From: Christensenellaceae bacterium
GTDB taxonomy: Bacteria > Bacillota > Clostridia > Christensenellales > SZUA-584
Length of the DNA stretch: 64,000 nucleotides
Direction of reading: 5' to 3'
NCBI GenBank assembly: GCA_963674545.2
Contig: CAXXFB010000001.1
Location: 6,881-70,880, forward strand
Below the pieces are notes generated by a model that was not told where the DNA came from, did not search any database, and saw nothing but the letters and a program-made list of their open reading frames with translations. The position numbers and the translations under genes are program-made. Positions 9,997 to 17,135 of this stretch are shown piece by piece. Each line of letters begins with the position of its first letter. The stretch's first letter is position 1.

Positions 9997-10134
9997 ATGA
10001 AAGCGTTAAAGAAAATTCATTTAGGTGAGGATGGTGTACAACTTCTCACAAATGTTCCAGCTCCTGTTCCGGAAAGCGCCAGTTCTGTAGTTATACCGGC
10101 GCCGCATGAAGACATTTACAAGGCGATATATTAG
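9997..10134 (+). CDS. 45-codon micro-ORF whose C-terminus resembles a BMC-H tail (possible relic or small shell-associated peptide)
   Basis: GGGGAAGAAAG RBS then ATG. Product: MKALKKIHLGEDGVQLLTNVPAPVPESASSVVIPAPHEDIYKAIY*. SSVVIPAPHEDI parallels [12 protein letters not shown] and [12 protein letters not shown] of the two BMC-H genes downstream. Below the ORF-track size cutoff. Confidence 0.3.
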   Translation: MKALKKIHLGEDGVQLLTNVPAPVPESASSVVIPAPHEDIYKAIY

Positions 10135-10165
10135 ATTTCCAGTATAGGAAGGGAGAACAATTTCA

Positions 10166-10501
10166 ATGGATGCATTAGGAATGGTGGAGACGAGAGGGCT
10201 TGTCGGGGCGATCGAAGCGGCCGATGCTATGGTAAAGGCAGCGAACGTTGTACTTGTCGGCAAGGAGCAGATAGGTGCAGGGCTCGTTACCGTTATGGTG
10301 AGGGGAGACGTTGGAGCTGTCAAAGCTGCAGTCGAGGCCGGAAGCGCAGCGGCGGGAAGAGTCGGCGAGCTAAAGAGCACTCACGTTATACCGAGGCCGC
10401 ACAGCGATGTTGAGGGGATTTTGCCAAAGCAAAAGGCGGACAAAAAAGAAGCTCCAAAACCGGCAGCAAAACCTGCTGAGAAACCAACAGAGAAGAAGTA
10501 A
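10166..10501 (+). CDS. BMC-H hexameric shell protein (PduA/EutM family) with a Lys/Pro/Ala-rich C-terminal tail
   Basis: [26 protein letters not shown]...[21 protein letters not shown]...[15 protein letters not shown] is the canonical PF00936 signature. It carries an extra tail, [36 protein letters not shown]. Confidence 0.93.
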   Translation: MDALGMVETRGLVGAIEAADAMVKAANVVLVGKEQIGAGLVTVMVRGDVGAVKAAVEAGSAAAGRVGELKSTHVIPRPHSDVEGILPKQKADKKEAPKPAAKPAEKPTEKK

Positions 10502-10774
10502 ATGTATACCGGCAAAGTCGTAGGGAGCGTGGTCTGTACAGTCAAGGACCCTTCGCTCAAAGGGATAAAACTAAAGCTGGTGGAAGTGATCGAGAATGGG
10601 AAGCCGGCGGGAGTGATCGTTGCGTCTGACGCTACACGCCAAGCGGGCAACGGAGATTTTGTATATCTTATCGGTTCCAAAGAGGCAGGTATGCCGTTTC
10701 TTGATCAAAATAAGCTAAACCCGGTAGACGCTTCAATTATGGGGTTTATCGATGAATATAATGAGAATATTTAG
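10502..10774 (+). CDS. BMC-P pentameric vertex protein (EutN/CcmL/PduN family)
   Basis: MYTGKVVGSVVCTVKDPSLKGIKLKLVEVI...DFVYLIGSKEA...NPVDASIMGFIDE follows the EutN pattern (M..G.VVG.VV.T.K...L.G.KLL.V). The start abuts the upstream stop (TAAATG). Confidence 0.88.
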   Translation: MYTGKVVGSVVCTVKDPSLKGIKLKLVEVIENGKPAGVIVASDATRQAGNGDFVYLIGSKEAGMPFLDQNKLNPVDASIMGFIDEYNENI

Positions 10775-10792
10775 TTTTGAAAGGAGCTAAAC

Positions 10793-11068
10793 ATGGAAAA
10801 GCAGGCATTAGGAATGGTTGAAACAAAAGGGCTCGTCGGAGCGGTCGAGGCAGCTGACGCTATGGTTAAGGCAGCGAATGTTACGCTGGTGGGGAAAGAA
10901 AAGATAGGCTCTGGGCTCGTAACCGTTATGGTTAGAGGCGACGTCGGCGCTGTCAAGGCAAGCGTGGATGCAGGCGCTGCTGCTGCCAAGAGAGTCGGAG
11001 AGCTGTTCAGCGTACATGTGATTCCAAGACCACATGAGGATGTTGAGTCGATACTTCCGGGCAAATAG
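10793..11068 (+). CDS. BMC-H hexameric shell protein (PduA/EutM family)
   Basis: 91 aa. 72 of 85 hand-aligned residues are identical to the 10166 product. Same PF00936 signature and [11 protein letters not shown] end. AAAGGAG RBS. Confidence 0.93.
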   Translation: MEKQALGMVETKGLVGAVEAADAMVKAANVTLVGKEKIGSGLVTVMVRGDVGAVKASVDAGAAAAKRVGELFSVHVIPRPHEDVESILPGK

Positions 11069-11079
11069 GAGAAGAAGAC

Positions 11080-11367
11080 TTGAAGATTGGCAGAGTAGTG
11101 GGCAACGTTGTGTCCACTGTTAAAAACGATACACACTACGGGTATAAGTTGTTGCTGATTGAATTTATAGATGCGCAGGGCAGAGCGACTTCGCCCAGGC
11201 AGATAGCGTTTGACGGCGCCGACGCAGGCGTTGAAGACATAGTGCTCATCAACGTTGACGGAGGCGCCGCAAAGATGATGCTTGAAGACGACGAGGTCAT
11301 TGCCGATCTTACTATATGCGGAGTGCTTGATCACTTCGCTATTGATGGGAAAACTATGCATCTATAA
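11080..11367 (+). CDS. BMC-P pentameric vertex protein (EutN/CcmL family), TTG start
   Basis: MKIGRVVGNVVSTVKNDTHYGYKLLLIEFIDAQG...DIVLINVDGGAAK...ADLTICGVLD closely parallels E. coli EutN (MKLAVVTGQIVCTVRHHGLAHDKLLMVEMIDPQG...). AGGAG RBS 8 nt before TTG. Confidence 0.88.
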   Translation: MKIGRVVGNVVSTVKNDTHYGYKLLLIEFIDAQGRATSPRQIAFDGADAGVEDIVLINVDGGAAKMMLEDDEVIADLTICGVLDHFAIDGKTMHL

Positions 11368-11434
11368 TTAGTATAACGAAAATACTATAGCCTGTTTTTG
11401 GCTGCAGTAAATTTAACAAGATGCGAGGATTGGC

Positions 11435-12199
11435 ATGGATTTAAATAACATTGATGTTAGAGAAATAGTTGAAAAGGTAACTAAGGAAGTCAACAAACGG
11501 ATAGGCAGCCAGGGGTTGAATATATCAGTTGCTGCTCATAACCTTTCATACGCTGAAGTGGCAGCTTCGATAGAACATTCCCTGCTTAACCCAGATATGA
11601 CGAGAGAGAAGATGATATCGGGATGTGCTGATGTCAAAAAGTACAGGTTTGCTAACGTTTGTGCTACGCCGTATTTCTGCTTTGACGCCGCAGAGGCTCT
11701 GCGTAGGAGCGGCATCCCGGTATGTGTGCCGGTGGGTTTCCCTCACGGAGCTGCAAGCACCGCTGCAAAGCTCACTGAAATTCGTGAAGCTATAATGAAT
11801 GGCGCAGGCGAGCTTGATTTGTCGCTGAATATCGTCGGAATAAAGTCTGGTGACTGGGACAAGGTCGAAAAAGACCTGCTAGAGATGATATTTGTGACAG
11901 GAGGCAGGGCGAAAGTCAAGGCTATATATGAGCAGGGGCTACTCTCCGAAGACGAAAAGATCAAGACGCTGACGCTTATAAAGCGATGCGGCACTGATTT
12001 TATAAAGATAAGCAATGCGCTGACTGGTAAAAAGGCGGCAGTGGAGGACGTCAAGTTCGTGCGCTCTATTGTTGGCAAAGGTATTGGCATCAAGATAGAC
12101 GGCGGTGTGAAGACTGCGGAGACGGTAAAGGAGCTTTTAGCTGCAGGAGCTGATCGCATAGGGGCCAGCGCTTCGGTCAAAATAGTTTCCGAAGGATAG
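11435..12199 (+). CDS. Deoxyribose-phosphate aldolase (DERA/DeoC) family protein, divergent, with ~34-aa N-terminal extension (putative BMC encapsulation peptide)
   Basis: Aligns end to end with the canonical DeoC at 55104-55805 (IEHSLLNP / IDHTLLKP; ELDLSLN / EVDMVVN; VKAIYEQG / VKTIIETC; FIKISNAL / FVKTSTGF; KIDGGVK / KASGGVR). Both catalytic Lys and the Asp are kept. The N-terminus NIDVREIVEKVTKEVNKRI is an amphipathic-helix-like segment absent from the canonical copy. Confidence 0.85.
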   Translation: MDLNNIDVREIVEKVTKEVNKRIGSQGLNISVAAHNLSYAEVAASIEHSLLNPDMTREKMISGCADVKKYRFANVCATPYFCFDAAEALRRSGIPVCVPVGFPHGAASTAAKLTEIREAIMNGAGELDLSLNIVGIKSGDWDKVEKDLLEMIFVTGGRAKVKAIYEQGLLSEDEKIKTLTLIKRCGTDFIKISNALTGKKAAVEDVKFVRSIVGKGIGIKIDGGVKTAETVKELLAAGADRIGASASVKIVSEG

Positions 12200-12690
12200 A
12201 CGGAACGGAGCACGCTATGTGGGGTTATTGGCATAATTGAGATGTGGGGGATTTTTTCATAAAACGAATAGGATTATACGTTCTTGTACAAACAAAAAAA
12301 GCATTAGAATTTTCTTAATCTTTTTTTTGAATGGTTACAACAGAATATAAGAGAATGAGCTATTAACATAATAAGTAATAATTAAAAGCAGTCAATAGAA
12401 TTCTTATGTGAGTTTCAATTACCGAATAATTCGGAATGATAATGTAGTGAGTACACAAAACCGTGCCAAATAGATAAAAATTATGATACAATTGATGCTC
12501 GCAGTAATCCGTGTGGGTACTTCTACGTTGGTTGCATATCGTTATATAACTTTTTATCAGAAGTACAATTTAATACGCAGTTTATTTTTAATAGTAGTTC
12601 AGATATAAATAGAAAATAACTTATTTATAAATATAGCTGGAGTAACGATGACTTACTCCGGCTATATTAGTTTTAAAATCAAACTATTCT

Positions 12691-12787
12691 GATGATAAAA
12701 TAAAAGCACTTCGTTTCCGACGTGCTTTAAAACTTTATCGAACAGGAAGTAATTGTTCTGTCCTATCCGAAATTATGGCGGAGAGAA
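12691..12787. repeat. Island-distal direct repeat (att-like): copy of the tRNA-Ser 3' end plus downstream spacer and terminator hairpin
   Basis: GATGATAAAATAAAAGCACTTCGTTTCCGACGTGCTTTAAAACTTTATCGAACAGGAAGTAATTGTTCTGTCCTATCCGAAATTATGGCGGAGAGA matches 23624-23721 apart from a few substitutions and indels. The longest identical blocks are 21 and 29 nt. Identity stops exactly after the 11 nt that correspond to CCA + discriminator + 3' acceptor strand. Confidence 0.85.
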
Positions 12788-12886
12788 GATATTAATTCCC
12801 AAACACATAAACCCTTATAAAACCCTTTAAATATAGGGAAAATTGCATAAATAGTTTCTTTCGAAAAATTGAAAGGAGCTACACAA

Positions 12887-13798
12887 ATGAAAGCCACAGA
12901 ACAAAATGAGCAAAACATCAATACATTACATTCTTTGCCCTTATCAAACCTAAAATCATTTTCAAAACATCCATTTAAGCTATATCCTGAAGAAAAAATG
13001 CTAGAGCTTATAGAAAGCATCAAAGAGCAAGGGATTATCGTTCCTATACTCGTTCGACCGATTGAGGATAATAAGTATAGTCACGAAATTGTTGCCGGGC
13101 ATAACAGAGTTAAAGCGGCACAACTTGCTGGACTGAAAAAGATATCTTGTGATGTTCGAAATATTGATGACAATACTGCGACTATTATGATGATTGACAG
13201 CAACCTTCAACAACGTGAAAATATTTTGCCCAGTGAAAAAGCTTTTGCATATAAATATAAACTTGATGCTATAAAATCTCAAGGGAAACGAAATGATATA
13301 ACTTTGTGCCAACTTGGCACAAAGTTGAATAGTGGCAGTCAAGTTGCAAACGAACATGAAGACAGCAGAAGAGATGTTTACAGATATATACGTTTAACAA
13401 ATCTTATCACCCTCTTGCTTGACAAGGTAGACGAAAGAAAACTTGCATTTATTCCTGCTGTAGAATTGTCGTATTTGAGCAAAGATGAACAAGAGTGGTT
13501 GTATGATATTTTAGATCGAGAAGAACATTTTGGAGTATCGCTTTCAATGGCAACAAAACTTAAGGGCATTAGCAAAAGCGGAACACTCACTTATGAAAAA
13601 ATTGATAAAATTATTGTAGCAAAAAATCAAGAGCCGCCAAAAGCAGTTAAAATTTCGTATAGAACAGTAAAAGATTATTTTCCTAAAGGTACAACACCAC
13701 AAGAATACGAAAAAGTTATAAAACAAGCGCTTGAAGAATGGTTTGAGAATCATCCTATTCCCAAAGAAAGAAATAAAAGCAAATCGATTGCACGATAA
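12887..13798 (+). CDS. ParB/Srx-domain protein (plasmid/ICE-type ParB-like nuclease or partition protein)
   Basis: LSNLKSFSKHPFKLYPEEKMLELIESIKEQGIIVPILVRP...YEIVAGHNRVKAAQLAGLKKI is the ParB N-terminal domain signature (G-H-x-R). AAAGGAG RBS before ATG 12887. Confidence 0.8.
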   Translation: MKATEQNEQNINTLHSLPLSNLKSFSKHPFKLYPEEKMLELIESIKEQGIIVPILVRPIEDNKYSHEIVAGHNRVKAAQLAGLKKISCDVRNIDDNTATIMMIDSNLQQRENILPSEKAFAYKYKLDAIKSQGKRNDITLCQLGTKLNSGSQVANEHEDSRRDVYRYIRLTNLITLLLDKVDERKLAFIPAVELSYLSKDEQEWLYDILDREEHFGVSLSMATKLKGISKSGTLTYEKIDKIIVAKNQEPPKAVKISYRTVKDYFPKGTTPQEYEKVIKQALEEWFENHPIPKERNKSKSIAR

Positions 13799-13879
13799 TA
13801 TTTTAACTAATAATTTATTTTGAGTATCAGAAATGATGCTCTTTTTCTATACAAAAAATTAAGAAATGAGGTTAAAAAA

Positions 13880-14569
13880 ATGATAAATCCGAACGAAGAA
13901 ACTTATGAAGAAATAGTCATAGGTGATATTCCAGCAATATTCACATCACTAAGAATTGACCGTGATAAATTACCACAAGGCGTTTTTGCTTACGACATTC
14001 GACATGCAGATGAAGACAGAATGGAAGCAGCGGAAATAGCAAAAAATGTGTTGGTAAACCACATGGGCACTGTGTTAACAAAAGAACCACTTGATCTTGA
14101 TGAAAACGGATCAATGATTTTAGAAGAGTATGATTTTTGCTTTGTCGCAGAATCCACATCTATTACATTAGAACAGTTTTTAATCGGCGAAAAAAGATTA
14201 TCAAATTCTATTGATGTTGTTGTAGTGCAGCCGTTCTGTCAACCATCAAGCCAGAATATAAAAAATGACCTAACTACACTGCAACAGCAGGTCGGCGGTT
14301 ATATAGAAATGATAAGTCCATTTAAAGATAAAAATATTTGCCTCATATGTAATGAAGAAGGGAAAATCAAAGGTTTGCCGCTTAATAGACAAGTGGGTAA
14401 TGATATTATCGCAGGTACATTCATTATAGCTGGAGTTGGCAATGATGGAGAATTGGTTTCTTTGAATGATAAGCAGATACAACAGTACAAAGATAAATTT
14501 AATGATTTGGATTTATCCGACTTCACTGATGATAATAAGAACCATCGAAAAGGATATATTGAAAGATAA
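13880..14569 (+). CDS. Mobile-element protein, YodL/LPD28-like N-terminus and DUF3846-like C-terminus (recollection)
   Basis: FAYDIRHADED...VLVNHMGTVLT, then LQQQVGGYIEMISPF...LICNEEGKIKGLPLNRQV...IAGTFIIAGV. These resemble domains common on Firmicute conjugative elements and plasmids. GAGG RBS before ATG 13880. Confidence 0.45.
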   Translation: MINPNEETYEEIVIGDIPAIFTSLRIDRDKLPQGVFAYDIRHADEDRMEAAEIAKNVLVNHMGTVLTKEPLDLDENGSMILEEYDFCFVAESTSITLEQFLIGEKRLSNSIDVVVVQPFCQPSSQNIKNDLTTLQQQVGGYIEMISPFKDKNICLICNEEGKIKGLPLNRQVGNDIIAGTFIIAGVGNDGELVSLNDKQIQQYKDKFNDLDLSDFTDDNKNHRKGYIER

Positions 14570-14591
14570 TATAAGAAAAGAGGTATTGATA

Positions 14592-15506
14592 ATGATAATT
14601 GGAGTAGATCACGGCTATGGTTGTATAAAAACGCCAAACCATATTTTCACAACTGGAATAACCGAATATGAAAAAGAACCTTACACTATACAGAATGTTG
14701 TGAAATTTAACGGGAAATATTATGTGTGTGGCAGCGGCAGACAATCTCTTGTCAGGGATAAGACAGAAGACGACAGTTATTATATCTTGACACTTGCGGC
14801 GATTGCAAAAGAAATGAAATACAGAAAGGCAGGAACAAAAGATAATATCATATTAGCAGCAGGTCTGCCATTAACCAGTTTTGGTAGAGATAAAGAAAAG
14901 TTCACAAAGTATCTTAAACGTTCTTTGTTCCAGCCAGTGAAATTTGAATTTGAAGATCAGGAATACAAAATAAACATAACGGACGTGATGATGTATCCAC
15001 AAGGATATCTAGCTGTAATAGATTATTTAGACAAGTTGAAAAGCGAACCATCGGTCATTGTCTGTGATGTGGGAAGTTGGACGGTTGATGTTATGCGTCT
15101 TGATAATGGCAGACCAAATGCGTCAACTTGCAGGAGCTTAGAACTTGGTATTATAAGAATGATAGATGAAATACTAGAGCAGATCAGGCGGAGCACAGGA
15201 CTGTCGGTAACATCTGCGCAAGTTGAGCAAGTACTAAAAAACCAACCTTGCAGCCTGAATGAAAAGGCAAACGAGATAATTCGAGAGCAAGGGAAAACTT
15301 ATGTGGACACCCTGTTTCATACTCTTCTTGAAAGTGGTTTTGACGTTGCAGCCGTACCAATTATCTTCTTAGGCGGCGGAGCTTCATTTTTAAAACAAAA
15401 TGTTGGGAAAAACAGAATAGCAAAGGTTAGCTATATAGAGGATATTCGTGCTAATGCAATCGGCTATGAGAAAATAACAAGTCGGAAAATAGGTGAAGTT
15501 AAATGA
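14592..15506 (+). CDS. parM: ParM/StbA-family actin-like segregation ATPase
   Basis: MIIGVDHGYGCIKT (phosphate-1), VIVCDVGSWTVDVM (phosphate-2) and IFLGGGASFL (adenosine motif) are the actin-fold signatures. AAGAGG RBS before ATG 14592. Confidence 0.75.
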   Translation: MIIGVDHGYGCIKTPNHIFTTGITEYEKEPYTIQNVVKFNGKYYVCGSGRQSLVRDKTEDDSYYILTLAAIAKEMKYRKAGTKDNIILAAGLPLTSFGRDKEKFTKYLKRSLFQPVKFEFEDQEYKINITDVMMYPQGYLAVIDYLDKLKSEPSVIVCDVGSWTVDVMRLDNGRPNASTCRSLELGIIRMIDEILEQIRRSTGLSVTSAQVEQVLKNQPCSLNEKANEIIREQGKTYVDTLFHTLLESGFDVAAVPIIFLGGGASFLKQNVGKNRIAKVSYIEDIRANAIGYEKITSRKIGEVK

Positions 15507-15760
15507 ATGATTATAGAATCAGCGTGAGGCTTAATCTTGAAAAATTATTACACAGAAAAGCATATGAAATATTAGCAACGATACCGAACCGAAAGAAATC
15601 GGATTTTGTAGTATATGCTCTTATAACTGCGAAAGAAAGAGAAACAACCATAGCAGAAATGGAGCAAGTGGTAAAAAAGGCTATGGATGGCGCAGCAATA
15701 TCAAAGCCCAAAGAAGAAAACGGTATGGATATGGCTATGGACTATCTTGAAAGTTTGTAA
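15503..15760 (+). CDS. Small ribbon-helix-helix-like protein, likely ParR-type adaptor
   Basis: 85 aa, overlaps the parM stop by 4 nt. N-terminal YRISVRLNLEKLLHRKAYEIL fits a beta-strand/helix RHH start. The position downstream of parM is typical of type II partition loci. Confidence 0.45.
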   Translation: MNDYRISVRLNLEKLLHRKAYEILATIPNRKKSDFVVYALITAKERETTIAEMEQVVKKAMDGAAISKPKEENGMDMAMDYLESL

Positions 15761-15825
15761 TCAAAAATGACATTCAAAAAAACAAGTGATACTCTGTTTA
15801 TATAAAAGGAAGGGAGCCGAAAAGA

Positions 15826-16110
15826 ATGAATGCAAACGAAATAATGAAACTTCATGCCGAGAAAACCATTGATATATCAAGTATTGATGATGATAGCTAT
15901 TTTGGAGATGGATGGGCTGTTTTACATCTTAGTCAATATAATTACATTAAAGGGTTGCATTATATAGCTGATGATGAAGATGATTTTAATCATCTGAACT
16001 ATATCGCTGAGTTTGATATCGAAGAAAATGATAGTATATATCATGGATTTATTGAAGAATATACTTTCTTCGTAACAGAGATCATAAAAGAAAAACAAGC
16101 TCAAAAATGA
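15826..16110 (+). CDS. Hypothetical small, strongly acidic protein
   Basis: 94-aa ORF with GGAAGGGAG RBS. D/E-rich (DDDSYFGDGW...ADDEDDF...DIEEND). Confidence 0.5.
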   Translation: MNANEIMKLHAEKTIDISSIDDDSYFGDGWAVLHLSQYNYIKGLHYIADDEDDFNHLNYIAEFDIEENDSIYHGFIEEYTFFVTEIIKEKQAQK

Positions 16111-16233
16111 CTTCGCTACATACTAGATGGAATCCTTTTTATAATGAAAGAGGTGGTATGGTTATAGAATCAGGTTGCATATTTCTTGAGAAATGCTAAT
16201 TGGGAAACATACTCTATTTTTAATATTTTCATT

Positions 16234-17052
16234 CTATTCTTCTGACTTAGTGGAAACATCTGGGAAAAAGATTTGCAACGATCTCAAATAGTGATGGGGA
16301 TAAAAAATATATCCTATTGATTCAATATCAATGATTGTTGCATTGTTAATATTTTTTGCTAATAAAAAATCATAGAGTTTTTTTAGTGCGTATTGTTTAT
16401 CAGGAGTCTTATAATTGAGACAAAGATAATTGCCTTTTGGGAAAAACTTTATCAGTTTGCTTTTCTTATTTCCAAAATTTTTTACACAGGTGTATACCTG
16501 TGATTCTTTTATTGTTTGATTTTCTATACTATGAATCAAACCACTTTCAAAAGTGCCCTTTAGGTTATCGTGTTTTTGTACTATACCTAAATTAATAAAA
16601 GCCATTTCAATTTCTTCGGGGGTTGGTTCTATGGAGCATGAAGCAGATAAGAAATAACGAGAAGGAAAATATTTTATATAAGGCTCACCAGAGGAGTTTT
16701 CAGCTTTTAAAAGATTCAGCTGATTTTCTATTGCCTCAATGTCATCAACAGCTATTTTCAGAGCCTCTATCTCCTGTAGTGCTTTTACCTTTTGTTCTAT
16801 TAAAATACTAATAGTATATTGGATATTATTTTCTAAGAAAGCACCTTTAAGCTGACTATATGGGATGCCGACTTGTTTACAATACTTGATGATATCAATG
16901 ATTAGAAATTGGCTGACATGATAATAGCGATAGCCGTTATCTTGATTAACATAAGCAGGTTTTAAAAGACCTTCTCTATCGTAAAGTCGTAATGCCTGTA
17001 TTGAAATGTCTTTTAATTTTGACACTTGTCCTATAGATAAATAGCCTTGCAA
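16234..17052 (-). CDS. MerR-family transcriptional regulator with C-terminal effector-binding (GyrI-like) domain
   Basis: N-terminus YLSIGQVSKLKDISIQALRLYDREGLLKPAYVNQDNGYRYY is the MerR HTH signature. Then a coiled-coil and a ~150-aa C-terminal domain. TTG start with GAGAGGA RBS. Confidence 0.85.
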   Translation of the reverse strand: MQGYLSIGQVSKLKDISIQALRLYDREGLLKPAYVNQDNGYRYYHVSQFLIIDIIKYCKQVGIPYSQLKGAFLENNIQYTISILIEQKVKALQEIEALKIAVDDIEAIENQLNLLKAENSSGEPYIKYFPSRYFLSASCSIEPTPEEIEMAFINLGIVQKHDNLKGTFESGLIHSIENQTIKESQVYTCVKNFGNKKSKLIKFFPKGNYLCLNYKTPDKQYALKKLYDFLLAKNINNATIIDIESIGYIFYPHHYLRSLQIFFPDVSTKSEE

Positions 17053-17071
17053 TTAAATACATTCCTCTCTA

Positions 17072-17102
17072 TTGACTCTATACCTAGTATATACTTTATA
17101 CT
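17072..17102 (+). promoter_or_regulatory. MerR-type promoter for the CDF gene: -35 TTGACT, 19-bp spacer containing inverted repeat TATAC-CTA-GTATA, -10 TATACT
   Basis: TTGACT (17072-17077), 19-nt spacer CTATACCTAGTATATACTT, TATACT (17097-17102). The overlong 19-bp spacer with a dyad is the hallmark of MerR-activated promoters. Confidence 0.65.
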
Positions 17103-17135
17103 TGAATTATCGTCAAGTCAAGAAAGAGAGCTGAA

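Noticed and set aside
10021-11361. Long minus-strand ORFs (119, 99, 196 and 75 aa) overlapping the BMC shell genes
   Set aside because: They are antisense to ORFs with unmistakable BMC-H/BMC-P signatures. Their products are low-complexity Ala/Ser/Thr/Pro strings, as expected from reading GC-rich Ala/Gly/Val codons backwards. No RBS is present.
11743-12234. 163-aa minus-strand ORF across the DERA-like gene
   Set aside because: It is antisense to a gene that aligns end to end with canonical DeoC. The product is low-complexity Ser/Pro/Ala and has no motif.
14466-14591. Upstream extensions of ORF-track entries (also 3371, 13820, 35457, 49972, 58824, 61360, 62132)
   Set aside because: In each case an internal ATG/GTG with a proper Shine-Dalgarno sequence sits at the point where family similarity begins. 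The extension overlaps the preceding gene or has non-protein-like sequence.
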